Below, piece by piece: positions 1 to 10,726 of a stretch of 64,000 bases of DNA; positions within the stretch are counted from its first letter, which is position 1; the number at the start of each line of letters is the position of its first letter. Made by a program: the position numbers and the translations under genes. The notes under the pieces were generated by a model. That model made no database searches. It saw only the letters and a list, made by a program, of their open reading frames with translations, and was not told where the DNA came from. This DNA is from Macrostomum lignano. Its lineage: Eukaryota. The DNA lies in the NCBI GenBank assembly GCA_002269645.1, contig NIVC01002443.1:109228-173227 (forward strand), read 5' to 3'.

Positions 1-3000
1 AAAGTCCGCTGCACTACGCCGCAGAAGCTGGTAACTTAAATGTGAGCAGGCAACTGTTTAAAATTTTTGTCATGTACATGCAGATTTGTTATTGCCATGC
101 ACCAACAGTCCTTGGTGGGCGCCCCTGTCTCATCGATGGGCCTCTAAATTTTGGTGGCGCTTCCCTGTCTCTTGTCAGGCGCACCGGTTTCTTTGTTGGC
201 GCCCCCTGTCTCTTTGTGGGCGTCCCTGTCTCTTGATGGGCATCCCTGTCTCTTGGTGGCCCCCCTGTCTCTTGGTGGGTCCCCCTGTCTCTTGATGGGC
301 ACCCCCCCCCCCTGTCTCTTGATGGGCGTCCCTGTCTCTTGGTGGCCCCCTGTCTCTTGGTGGGCACCCTTGTCTCTTGGTGGGCACCCCTGTCTCTTGG
401 TGGGCACCCCTGTCTCTTGGTGGGCACCCCTGTCTCTTGATGGGCACCCCCTGTCTCTTGGTGGCCCCCTGTCTCTTGGTGGGCACCCCTGTCTCTTGAT
501 GGGCACCCCCTGTCTCTTGATGGGCACCCCCTGTCTCTTGGTGGCCCCCTGTCTCTTGGTGGGCACCCCTGTCTCTTGATGGGCACCCCTGTCTCTTGAT
601 GGGCACCCCTGTCTCTTGATGGGCACCCCTGTCTCTTGATGGGCACCCTCTGTCTCTTGGTGGCCCCCTGTCTCTTGGTGGGCACCCCTGTCTCTTGATG
701 GGCACCCCCTGTCTCTTGATGGGCACCCCCTGTCTCTTGGTGGCCCCCTGTCTCTTGGTGGCCCCCTGTCTCTTGGTGGGCACCCCTGTCTCTTGATGGG
801 CACCCCTGTCTCTTGATGGGCACCCCCTGTCTCTTGGTGGCCCCCTGTCTCTTGGTGGGCGTCCCTGTCTCTTTATGGGCGTCCCTGTCTATTTATGGGC
901 GTCCCTGTCTCTTTATGGGCGTCCCTGTCTCTAAGGTGGGTGCCTCTCAGTCTCTGTGAGCGCTACTACCCCTGTCTTAGGCGGGTGGATGCCACGACCA
1001 AGAGGAGGCAAACGTTGAACTTCACAAACTGCAAAAGCTTTCGTTCACTAATACATGTACCTACTTAATGGGAGCTAAAGTTAGATCGATTGCAAAACTT
1101 TTCGTCCCAGCCTAATTTATTTGAAAACAGAGCGAAATGTTTTACAATTTGGACGAATTCGATTGCAACTAGGCATATTTTCGTTTTCTTGCGGGCAAAA
1201 AAATCTCAAGCTGTCTTGTTTCTTAGGTCCAGACCAGGGGTTGGAAAGCTGTTTTACTTCCACAATTTCAATGGATCCGAGGGCCGGATAGAAAGTCTTC
1301 ACGGGCCAGATTTTGCCAACCCCTTAGTCTAGAAGTCTTTAGCGAGACACCCGAGTGTCAAGCAGTTCCCACATTGTTGTCAATATCCAATAGCAATGGT
1401 CGCTTTCAGAAGTTGTTTTCAAATTTTGAAGAATGTGTATTATCTGAAACTAAGAAATCAAACTAAATCCTTGCTTATCCGCTTAATTTGGCACAGATCT
1501 TCAAAGACCTAGTCGACTGTGGCGCTAAACTAACGGCAATCGACAACGACTGCAGGACTCCATTGCACTTGGCCGTTAAAATGGGCCACGCGGACTTTGT
1601 GAAAAAAAGCTTGGATTATCTTGAAAAGTTGAAGACAGAAAGCTCAGATAAAGAAACGAAAGAGCAAATGTTGTTGAAGCAGCACATGTCGATCCAGATT
1701 CGGGCGATGGAGCATCGGGACATCAGTGGCATGACCTGCCTTTTGATTGCAGCGGAGCAGGGACACCCGATGCTATTCGAACATCTTCTAAAATTCAAAG
1801 CTGATTTTACTGCCAAGTAAGCATATATTTTAACTACTCGTACATTTGAAAAGTTTATAAAGTATCACAAGAGTGCTTTTACATGCTTAATGATGCTTTG
1901 TCGCTTAGAGACAACATTGGTCGCAACGCTCTGATGCTTAGTGTTGGCGGTGGGCATCGAGACATTGCTAAAAAAATTCTCGACAAAGGCTTGGATGTCA
2001 ATGCCACTGACGTCAACCAGGTGAATTTTGTCTATGTGTATGTTTTTTTCTGTCTTTGCTTCTGTCTTGGCTTCAAGTTTGATTTCTTGGATTTGGTGTA
2101 GCTGTCTTGTTTTCTGTCTTGGTCTTTGTCTTGGTATCTGTCTTGGATTCAAGTTTGATTTCTGCCTTGGTATATCTGTCTGTTTGTCTGCCTTACCTAT
2201 CATCATTTTGTTGAAAAAAATCCTCAAAGCCATTTTCCACACGCCAGAACACGGCTCTGCACTATGCCTGCAAGCACCCTGACCCCGTGAGCTGTCTGGA
2301 CTTTCTCTTGGAGCACGGCGCCAAGCTGCAGCAGAATGGCATCGAGGAAACTCCACTTGACGTGGCGTTGATGAATCAAAACGAACGGGCTATTCAACTT
2401 TTTCTATCCGAGAAGTAGTGAGTTAAATGTAAAATATCGAGTCAATTCTTCGAAACTGCGTTTATTTATTTACTATCAATACTTTTCAATTGGAAAACCA
2501 TTTACAGTTTTGACTACACGATGTCCTACAGAAAGGCTGACGGCTACAGTCACATGAAGGACTTCATTAAACACATGCCAGATGCTGCCATGGTGCGTTC
2601 AGCGTTTTCGTTGAAATAAGTAATAAATTAACTTTATTGTTCTCAGAGCAAGTAGTCTACAGTAAAGCTTTTACAACTAGGTTTGAGCAAACTGGCAGAA
2701 AAGAAAAAATGATCAGATCCATTAAGTTCCCTTTCGTGCCAAACTGTTTGCTTCGAACTCTATTAACAAAAAACAACTGCTATGCTGGATGTCTGAAGGG
2801 TTCGGTTCAAGCACACTGCCTAATGACAATGATGGTTGAAGAATGGCATGAGAGATCGAGAAACTTGACCTCTAGCTGTTTAGGTTGCGTATTTTCCAGT
2901 TCCAGTCCAATGAGACTTGAAGTTGCCACTTTCCAGCTGGTTCTAAACCGGTCTGTTACGAAGCATAGTAGTGAACATGCTGACTTCCTGGTAAGTTAAA

Positions 3001-6000
3001 AAAGCTATTACGCTCGTAACCATCACAAAAGTTTAACCAGTTAAATTGAAATTCTAGTATTTCCCTTTCTTTCAATCAGGTTGAGTACAACTTTGACCAC
3101 CTGGATCCGGGTCCTGACGAGGCTCCAACGCACAAACATCGCAGCAAGGCTCTGTTGAAAATAGTAGAGTATAAACGCATTGAGTTGCTGAAGCATCCGG
3201 TTACCACGTCTTTATTGGAAAGCAAAATGCAAGTTTATTTATCATCATAGTATTCATTCATAGTATTTATTTTTTATTATCATCCTTCGTGTATGTTGTT
3301 ATGTTGTTATGCCAGTTATTTTTGCTTCTACGTGTTCGATCTAGTTTAGTTTAACTTTTTCAACCCAGCTTCGCAGATTCAAAATTGATTTCGCTTGTTA
3401 AGCAGATATTTTGCCAGATTTTTTGTGCAGACACGACCCGGTTTTTTGCAATCTAAAGAGTTTAAAAATTCTAAAAGGTTAAAGGATGAAGTCTCCATCC
3501 AAACTTTATTCAGCAACACAAATTTTGCGATTTAGATTTACAAATGCCAATGGACCTAGGAAAGTTGTGTACAACTGACTTTTAAAAGCCTATCATATCA
3601 CTTCCTAATTGCAGAGGGATTACTGGCTTCATATTCAGTTTGGATATTATGCTGTATCTCCTGTTTCTTAGCTGCCTAACCGCCTTCGTTGTTTTGAACA
3701 TGCCTCCTAAGACGTCGACGCCTTTTACCACGGCAATCTGCTTCAACGACAGTAACAAAAGCAGCTTTGGTTGGACAAACAACTTTTACCGACTCGTAAG
3801 TCAGTAATATATACTGGTCTTCAGATCATACTTAGAATATAAATTTTATAACATTTTTCTAATTTAATTTGAAACGGCACCATCATTAACAGGAGGACGC
3901 TAAAGAACCGTTTAAATCACGCCTTCCTGTAGCTATCACATTAGGAATTCGGTTGTTTGTCGGCTTTATCAAAACTTTATTGAAGGTAAAAAAACTGTCT
4001 GTTTATTGCGCAAGATTCAAGAGTACTTTTTTGCAACTTACCCCTGCACTTTGCAGCTTTATGATTGGAAAAATAATTGTTCATCCTAAGAATTTTCTTT
4101 ACGCAACTCTTTACGCGTTAACAATTGCTTTCATCCTACCGATTGGCTCCTGTTCGCATTCCTACAACTCTGCCTTCGGATGTTCAGCGTAGCCATGGCC
4201 TGGAGTCTACTTTTGTTCATCTTTGAATAGTGAGTCAGTTGATTTTGTCAAATACATTGATTTTTATTTTTGAATACTACTCATAAATGCGATCGTAATT
4301 GCGCTTTTAGTTTTCCCGTCTGGGGAATCTATCCGGCTATGTTTCAACGAGTGGTGACCTCGCTGCTGAAGGTGCTGCTAATGCATCTCTACTTGTTCGT
4401 TGGCTTCAGCCTGGCCTTCTGCATCGGCATGGGCTCTACCGTATGTCGCCATAGCTAATTTTGTATAATATTGTAATAAATAATACCTGTATTAGAGTAT
4501 CTCAAAAAATCCATTTTATTTGATTCATTGAAGCATTTTTTATATTACTAGCGTGGTTTTGATAATCAATACCTTTTATTAAAACATTTTAGGATATGTT
4601 TGAATACTTCTTCTTATCGCTGTTAAAGACATTCGATATGACTGCAGGCGAGCTGGATTACGTCGAAATTTTCTTTGAGAAGACTAATAGTTTCTCGGCT
4701 GAAATGCGGGTTGGCATTCTGCTGTTTTTTATTGTATTTGTCATTATTATGCCGATTTGTCTAGTCAACATGCTGGTGAGTAGTCTCATGCTTTGTGAGT
4801 AGTCTCATCCTGTCGTGAGTAGTCTCATCCTGTAGTGAGTAGTCTCATCCTGTCGTCAGTAGTCTCATGCTTTATGAGTAGTCTCATGCTTTGTGAGTAG
4901 TCTCATGCTTTATGAGTAGTCTCATGCTTTATGAGTAGTTTCATGCTTTATGAGTAGTCTCATGCTGTAGTGAGTAGTCTCATGCTGTAGTGAGTAGTCT
5001 CATGCTGTAGTGAGTAGTCTCATGCTGTAGTGAGTAGTCTCATGCTGTAGTGAGTAGTCTCATGCTGTAGTGAGTAGTCTCATGCTTTCGTGAGTAGTCT
5101 CATGCTGTAGTGAGTAGTCTCATGCTGTAGTGAGTAGTCTCATGCTGTAGTGAGTAGTCTCATGCTGTAGTGAGTAGTCTCATGCTGTAGTGAGTAGTCT
5201 TATGCTGTAGTGAGTAGTCTCATGCTTTCGTGAGTAGTCTCATGCTGTAGTGAGTAGTCTCATGCTGTAGTGAGTAGTCTCATGCTGTAGTGAGTAGTCT
5301 CATGCTGTAGTGAGTAGTCTCATGCTGTAGTGAGTAGTCTCATGCTGTAGTGAGTAGTCTCATGCTGTAGTGAGTAGTCTCATGCTGTAGTGAGTAGTCT
5401 CATGCTGTAGTGAGTAGTCTCATGCTGTAGTGAGTAGTCTCATGCTGTAGTGAGTAGTCTCATGCTGTAGTGAGTAGTCTCATGCTTTCGTGAGTAGTCT
5501 CATGCTTTCGTGAGTAGTCTCATGCTTTCGTGAGTAGTCTCATGCTTTCGTGAGTAGTCTCATGCTTTCGTGAGTAGTCTCATGCTTTCGTGAGTAGTCT
5601 CATGCTTTCGTGAGTAGTCTCATGCTTTCGTGAGTAGTCTCATGCTTTCGTGAGTAGTTTCATGCTGTAGTGAGTAGTCTCATGCTGTAGTATGTATTCT
5701 CATGATGTAGTGAATAGTCTCATCCTGTCATGAGTATTCTCATGCTTTAGTGAGTGGTCCTATGCTGATGACTATCAACCGCCTGCTTATAGCTCATTGA
5801 GTTCTTTTAACTTCCAGGTCGGTATCGCTGTTGGCGACATTGATAAACTAACGAAAGTGGCCAGTCTCAAGATGGAGCACTATCGAGTAAGTTAACACGG
5901 ATGCATTTGTGAAACAAAACTTTAAACAGAAAAAAATTTGCTTGTTTATGTATTGAACGCTAGCTTTGACACTTGTCTCAAATAAAGGATTGACTTTCGA

Positions 6001-6345
6001 AATCCCGAATCTTTGCAAAGCTATATTGTATCATATTTGCCGTTTCTAATTCATTTGCAGATCAATATAATTTATGATTTGGAGGATTTCCGAAGGAAAT
6101 TCTGCAAGTACATTTTCGGTTGCCTGAGCTGCTGCATATGCGCGCACCAGAGGTCGTATTCATTCAAGATGAATTCAACAAACAAAGCAAAGCAGTGCTG
6201 TGTCTGTTGTTGTTATGTCACGGACTTTTGCACCTGTTTCTACACTTTTAAATGGTTTAAACCTTTTCGAGACCAAAAGCGTTATAGAAAGTGGCTAAAT
6301 GAATACGGCGGCAAGATCGAGAGGGACCCGCTAGCAAAGGACTGA
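1..6345 (+). CDS. TRPA-family ankyrin-repeat cation channel, paralog A (5' part outside window; one exon has two frameshifts)
   Basis: Exons <1-41, 1497-1816, 1909-2020, 2248-2417, 2508-2592, 2937-2990, 3080-3228 (GC donor), 3615-3795, 3893-3985, 4057-4229 (frameshifted), 4311-4440, 4593-4775, 5818-5886, 6061-6345. Ankyrin motifs ([31 protein letters not shown]), pre-S1 ELLKHPV, 6 TM segments, pore LKTFDMTAGELDY and TRP-like VGIAVGDI. Intron positions and phases match paralog B exon for exon. Confidence 0.85.
196..933. repeat. ~19-21 bp minisatellite (gggcacccctgtctcttg[g/a]t) in a TRPA-A intron
   Basis: Tandem units directly visible; they explain ORFs 89..823, 144..803, 151..579 and 175..783. 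Confidence 0.95.
1235..1325. mobile_element. hAT/Charlie-like MITE (~90 bp)
   Basis: CAGGGGTTGG...CCAACCCCT termini; flanks gtccagac / agtctaga resemble the Charlie NTCTAGAN target; internal gagggccggata also occurs near 16150 and 52410. Confidence 0.5.
4769..5760 (+). repeat. 20-bp minisatellite (catgctgtagtgagtagtct) starting at an exon/intron junction of TRPA-A
   Basis: About 49 tandem units; the first overlaps exon end CATGCTG and donor GTGAGT at 4776. Confidence 0.95.
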
Positions 6346-7515
6346 CGACATTGCTAACTTCTTCGGACTACGCTAAGGTCAACTTTAATTGAAACATAAT
6401 TTATATTCCCAATTAAAAACTGAAGCGCGCAAACTAAAACAAAAGTATATAAGAAGACTAAATTTCAGGAAGCTGTAAAACTACACACTTATGTTCCACA
6501 TTTTAACAAAAAACAGCAATTTCTGGCGCTTGTCAGTAAATTTTTAATCTCTAGCTGTTGTATTTATACTATTAATATTAGCGAAATATTTATAGATAGC
6601 AAAAGTTTCTGATTTTTGTAAATACGCTCGCAGTAATTAATTGTTATTCAATCGTTTAATATAAAGTCATCTCATTTAAAAAACATATCATAAAAGACTG
6701 TTTCTATCCAAAAAATGCTTTGCTGGTACAACAGCACGAGTTAAAAATAGTGTTATTGTGGTGCGGTTAGCTAAAAATTCTAGATTTAAAATACATCCAT
6801 TTTTTCTTTTGAAATTTATAACTAAGCTAACCTCTATTTGTACTTTCTAAAGCATATTTGTCGTTTTTTCGTGACTACGCAATGTTTTTGTTATTATTGA
6901 TGAAAAGCATTAAAACAGTTTTTAAAGACTGATAAATATTTGGTTTTCTTTCCTAATATTTTAATCCCGCTAATGCGTCGTTTAAATTTTTTTCATAGTC
7001 GTTCTTTTCGTTATTTGGAGTTGATATTTGTTATTTTATTCCCCCTATAAAATATTTTTTTGTTTTAAATGCACAGTACCTTAGCTTACAATATACGAGC
7101 TGTAGTGTTGCATTTTATTGTTTCAAATTATATTTAAATATGATTATTTTCCGGCTTTGTATGGACGGAAGTGTAACTTGTCCGGTATATTTAAATACTT
7201 AGCGAATGAGGCTAGTAGAGTACTAGAGTACTTTTATTTGCTATAGTAAAAGAAATACAGTTCTCATTTTTCTTATATCTTATTATTAAATGAGTACACT
7301 TAAAGACTGATATTATAACATACCACGTTTTCAATATTGCCTAGACTGGTTGATCTACATCCAAGACTGCCACACGCATGAATTAAAACATATGAGTAGA
7401 ATTTCTTGGAAACAGAACCCAAATGAAACCAACTAGCATATACGATCGATTTAGAACCCTGCGATACTCGTATAATACTTTACGCACAAAGTTAAACAGC
7501 TAAAGCGGATGTCAA

Positions 7516-7675
7516 GGGGGTTGTAGCCTATAATGGTTAAAAGTGTCGGACTCGCGACTTTAAGGTCGGGGGTTCGATTCCCGATCCCACACGGAGCAGT
7601 TTGTGTCCTTGAGCAAGACACTTAAACTCTGCATTGCTTCAGTTCACCCAGCTGTAAAATGGGTGCCAGAATTAG
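7516..7675 (+). mobile_element. tRNA-derived CORE-SINE, 3'-truncated
   Basis: A-box-like tagcctataatgg, B-box ggttcgattcc, then tgtgtccttgagcaagacactt...cagctgtaaaatgggtgcc resembling the MIR CORE; further copies at 27697, 33738 and 57925. Confidence 0.8.
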
Positions 7676-7860
7676 TTGTCCTTGAATGGAAATAGTTAGA
7701 AAAAATTGCTACAAACAATACAATGCATTGGGTGTACACTATAGTAACTATAATATTGATTCGCTTGCAAAATAGCAAGTGGAAGCTATAATCGATTGAA
7801 ACACCCCGAGTCGGAATATAAAGAGTCTTAAGCCTTTCAGGCTCTGCATACACAGATATA

Positions 7861-9245
7861 ATGGCAGAGTTAGCTACTAACTAGTTGTGTTGCAAGCAGA
7901 TCCCAGACTTAAAGCAGTCAATGCCAAACGACCAGTCACCACAGCAGCGCGACCAGCTGCAGACAGCCTCTGACAATCTTGAACTGGCTATCGAGGCCAT
8001 CGACAAGCACTTTCTCAATCGGCTTCGTGACAAGTCGACCGTGGCAGTCGATTCGGGCAGTTCCCCCAGCGCCAAATCCAAATCTGGTGGCAGCAAGAAG
8101 GAGAAATCGCTTCTGCCCGTGTACAAGCCCACCTTGGCGCATCTGGCCAGGTTTCACAAGCTCCAGCGTCTTTGCGATGGTCTCGAAAAGTTTGCCGAAG
8201 TTTTTCGTGAACTCCATGGAAGGCGTGGCGACGTGCCCAGCCAGCTGGAGGGACAGGTGAACTCGTTCGGTGGTCAGGCCCAGTCCGTGAGTTGGAGGGA
8301 CTGAGGAACAGGATGAAGGGTTACTGAGACAGATTGACACTGAGACAGATTGACACTGAGACAGATTGACACTGAGACAGATTGACACTGAGACAGATTG
8401 ACACTGAGACAGATTGACACTGAGACAGATTGACACTGAGACAGATTGACACTGAGACAGATTGACACTGAGACAGATTGACACTGAGACAGATTGACAC
8501 TGAGACAGATTGACGCTGAGACACTGACAGATTGACACTGAGACAGATTGACACTGAGACAGGTTGACACTGAGACAGGTTGACACTGAGACAGATTGAC
8601 ACTGAGACAGACTGACACTGAGACAGACTGACACTGAGACAGATTGACACTGAGACAGATTGACACTGAGACAGATTGACACTGAGACACTGACAGATTG
8701 ACACTGAGACAGATTGACACTGAGACAGGTTGACACTGAGACAGATTGACACTGAGACAGACTGACACTGAGACAGACTGACACTGAGACAGATTGACAC
8801 TGAGACAGATTGACACTGAGACAGATTGACACTGAGACAGACTGACACTGAGACAGACTGACACTGAGACAGATTGACACTGAGACAGACTGACACTGAG
8901 ACAGATTGACATTGAGACAGATTGACACTGAGACAGACACAAACACTCAGACAGACAGAAGCGCAGGACCAATTTCCACTGTCCCCCCAGCTCACGGCCC
9001 AGATCCGAGACCAGTGGGCCACCAAGAAGGCCGCACTTGACGCGGCCTACTGCCTGCAGTACGTGAAGGCCTTGGAGTTCAAAATCAGCGAGCTGCACAA
9101 GCTCTGCTCAAGACTGCTGGACACCTGCTTCGATTTGTTGAGATCGGCGAAAAGTGCCGGCGTGAGTCGTCTGCCGATCAGTCAGGAGTTGGTGATGGAG
9201 ATTGCCGAAGGCTTGCCTGAGAAATACACGGCTGAGACTGGATAG
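7861..9245 (+). CDS. Orphan two-exon gene, ~204-224 aa predicted all-helical protein of unknown function
   Basis: Exons 7921(or 7861)-8256 (CAG|GTGAAC) and 8967-9245 (gcgcag|GAC) join in phase 0, with GC3-rich codons. ATG 7861 is in frame but followed by TAG at 7882-7884. No family recognised. Confidence 0.6.
8325..8940. repeat. 16-bp minisatellite (gacactgagacagatt) filling the orphan-gene intron
   Basis: Tandem units visible; they explain ORFs 7936..8946, 8274..9098 and 8321..9025. Confidence 0.95.
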
Positions 9246-9317
9246 GGTGTGAGTGGGGTTTTGTGAGTGTGATCATCTGTGAATTCATATGAGTGCATGT
9301 GTGTTAGTTATTGTTAC

Positions 9318-10170
9318 TCATGAGTAAGTTTATGAGTGAGTTCATGAGTGAGTTTATGAGTGAGTTCATGAGTGAGTTTATGAGTGAGTTCATGAGTGAG
9401 TTCATGAGTGAGTTAATGAGTGAGTTAATGAGTGAGTTAATGAGTGAGTTAATGAGTGAGTTAATGAGTGAGTTAATGAGTGAGTTAATTAGTGAGTTAA
9501 TAAGTGAGTTAATGGGCCGTATGCAGAAAGCCTAGTCCAGACTAGCTAGTCCGGACTTGTGTAGTTCAGTCTATAGTCTATGGTCTAGCTAGCCTAGTTC
9601 TGCTATAGTAGACTGGTCTAACTTTGCGTTTCTGCATACCAAATCCAAGTCCAGACTAGCTTTTCAAGACCGGACTACCCTAGACAGAGCTTTCTGCATA
9701 CGGCCCAATGAGTGAGTTCATGAGTGAGTTCATGAGTAAGTTCATGAGTGAGTTCATGAGTGAGTTCATGAGTGAGTTTATGAGTGAGTTCATGAGTGAG
9801 TTCATGAGTGAGTTAATGAGTGACTTCATGAGTGAGTTCATGAGTGAGTTTATGAGTGAGTTCATGAGTGAGTTCATGAGTAAGTTCATGAGTGAGTTCA
9901 TGAGTGAGTTAATGAGTGAGTTCATGAGTGAGTTCATGAGTGAGTTTATGAGTGAGTTCATGAGTAAGTTCATGAATGAGTTAATGAGTGAGTTAATGAA
10001 TGAGTTCATGAGTGAGTTAATGAGTGAGTTCATGAGTGAGTTCATGAGTAAGTTCATGAGTGAGTTCATGAGTAAGTTCATGAGTAAGTTAATGAGTGAG
10101 TTCATGAGTGAGTTCTTGAGTGAGTTCATAAGTGAGTTCATGAGTGAGTTCATGAGTAAGTTCATAAGTG
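9318..10170. repeat. 12-bp satellite (atgagtgagttc), interrupted by a MITE
   Basis: Tandem units; the same family occurs in reverse orientation at 29340-30600. Confidence 0.95.
9514..9706. mobile_element. 193-bp MITE, PIF/Harbinger (Tourist)-like
   Basis: Perfect TIR GGGCCGTATGCAGAAAGC...GCTTTCTGCATACGGCCC; 3-bp duplication AAT at 9511-9513 and 9707-9709. Confidence 0.8.
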
Positions 10171-10446
10171 AGTTTGGAGACTGTTTTTTAAAGCTTAATA
10201 TTGAATTAGCCAAAAATTTATGTTTTTTAGTGTTTCGTAGAAAGTTGTCTACTAAAAGTAATTTCTTTACTATTACGGAAAGAACAATTAAGTTTCGTTC
10301 ATATTTTCATAAATGTCATTGTTGATTGTGAAATTTCTCTTAATTTCAAACCAAGCGAATACGGTTCATCTGAGTTGAAAAAGTCTGTGTACAAAAATAT
10401 TTTTGGTCATAAATAAAACCCGAATAGAGCCTAGATATGATATTTT

Positions 10447-10726
10447 TGTCGTGTAGCTACCAGTATGTGCATGCACTCAGTACGAGTATTGATTTGTATT
10501 TGTACTTTCCTTATTATTTCTTTCTCTATTATTATCTATGCAAGCTTGGCACGTTAGGTTTGAGTTATTGCTATTTGAGTTATGGGCAAATTGTGTACGC
10601 TTAAATTATGTCATCACTCTCGCGCACGTAGCATCGCTTTACAATATAATTACAGACATCAGAGCTTCGATAGCTCTCTCGTAGTCTTCAACCACTTTAA
10701 ACAAGCAGCATAGCTGATTTACCACA
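10447..10726 (+). repeat. 5' LTR (280 bp)
   Basis: tgtcgtgtagc...ttaccaca, repeated at 14759-15037. Confidence 0.97.

Noticed and set aside
89-823. Repeat-derived ORFs here and at 7936-9098, 9680-10325, 22815-23431, 52815-54012, 54545-55594 and 62172-62883
   Set aside because: All coincide with minisatellite or microsatellite arrays inside introns or intergenic DNA; no domain content.
7516-7590. tRNA genes here and at 33880-33950, 39305-39379 and 58100-58172
   Set aside because: A and B boxes are present but there is no full cloverleaf, and each continues into a SINE body.
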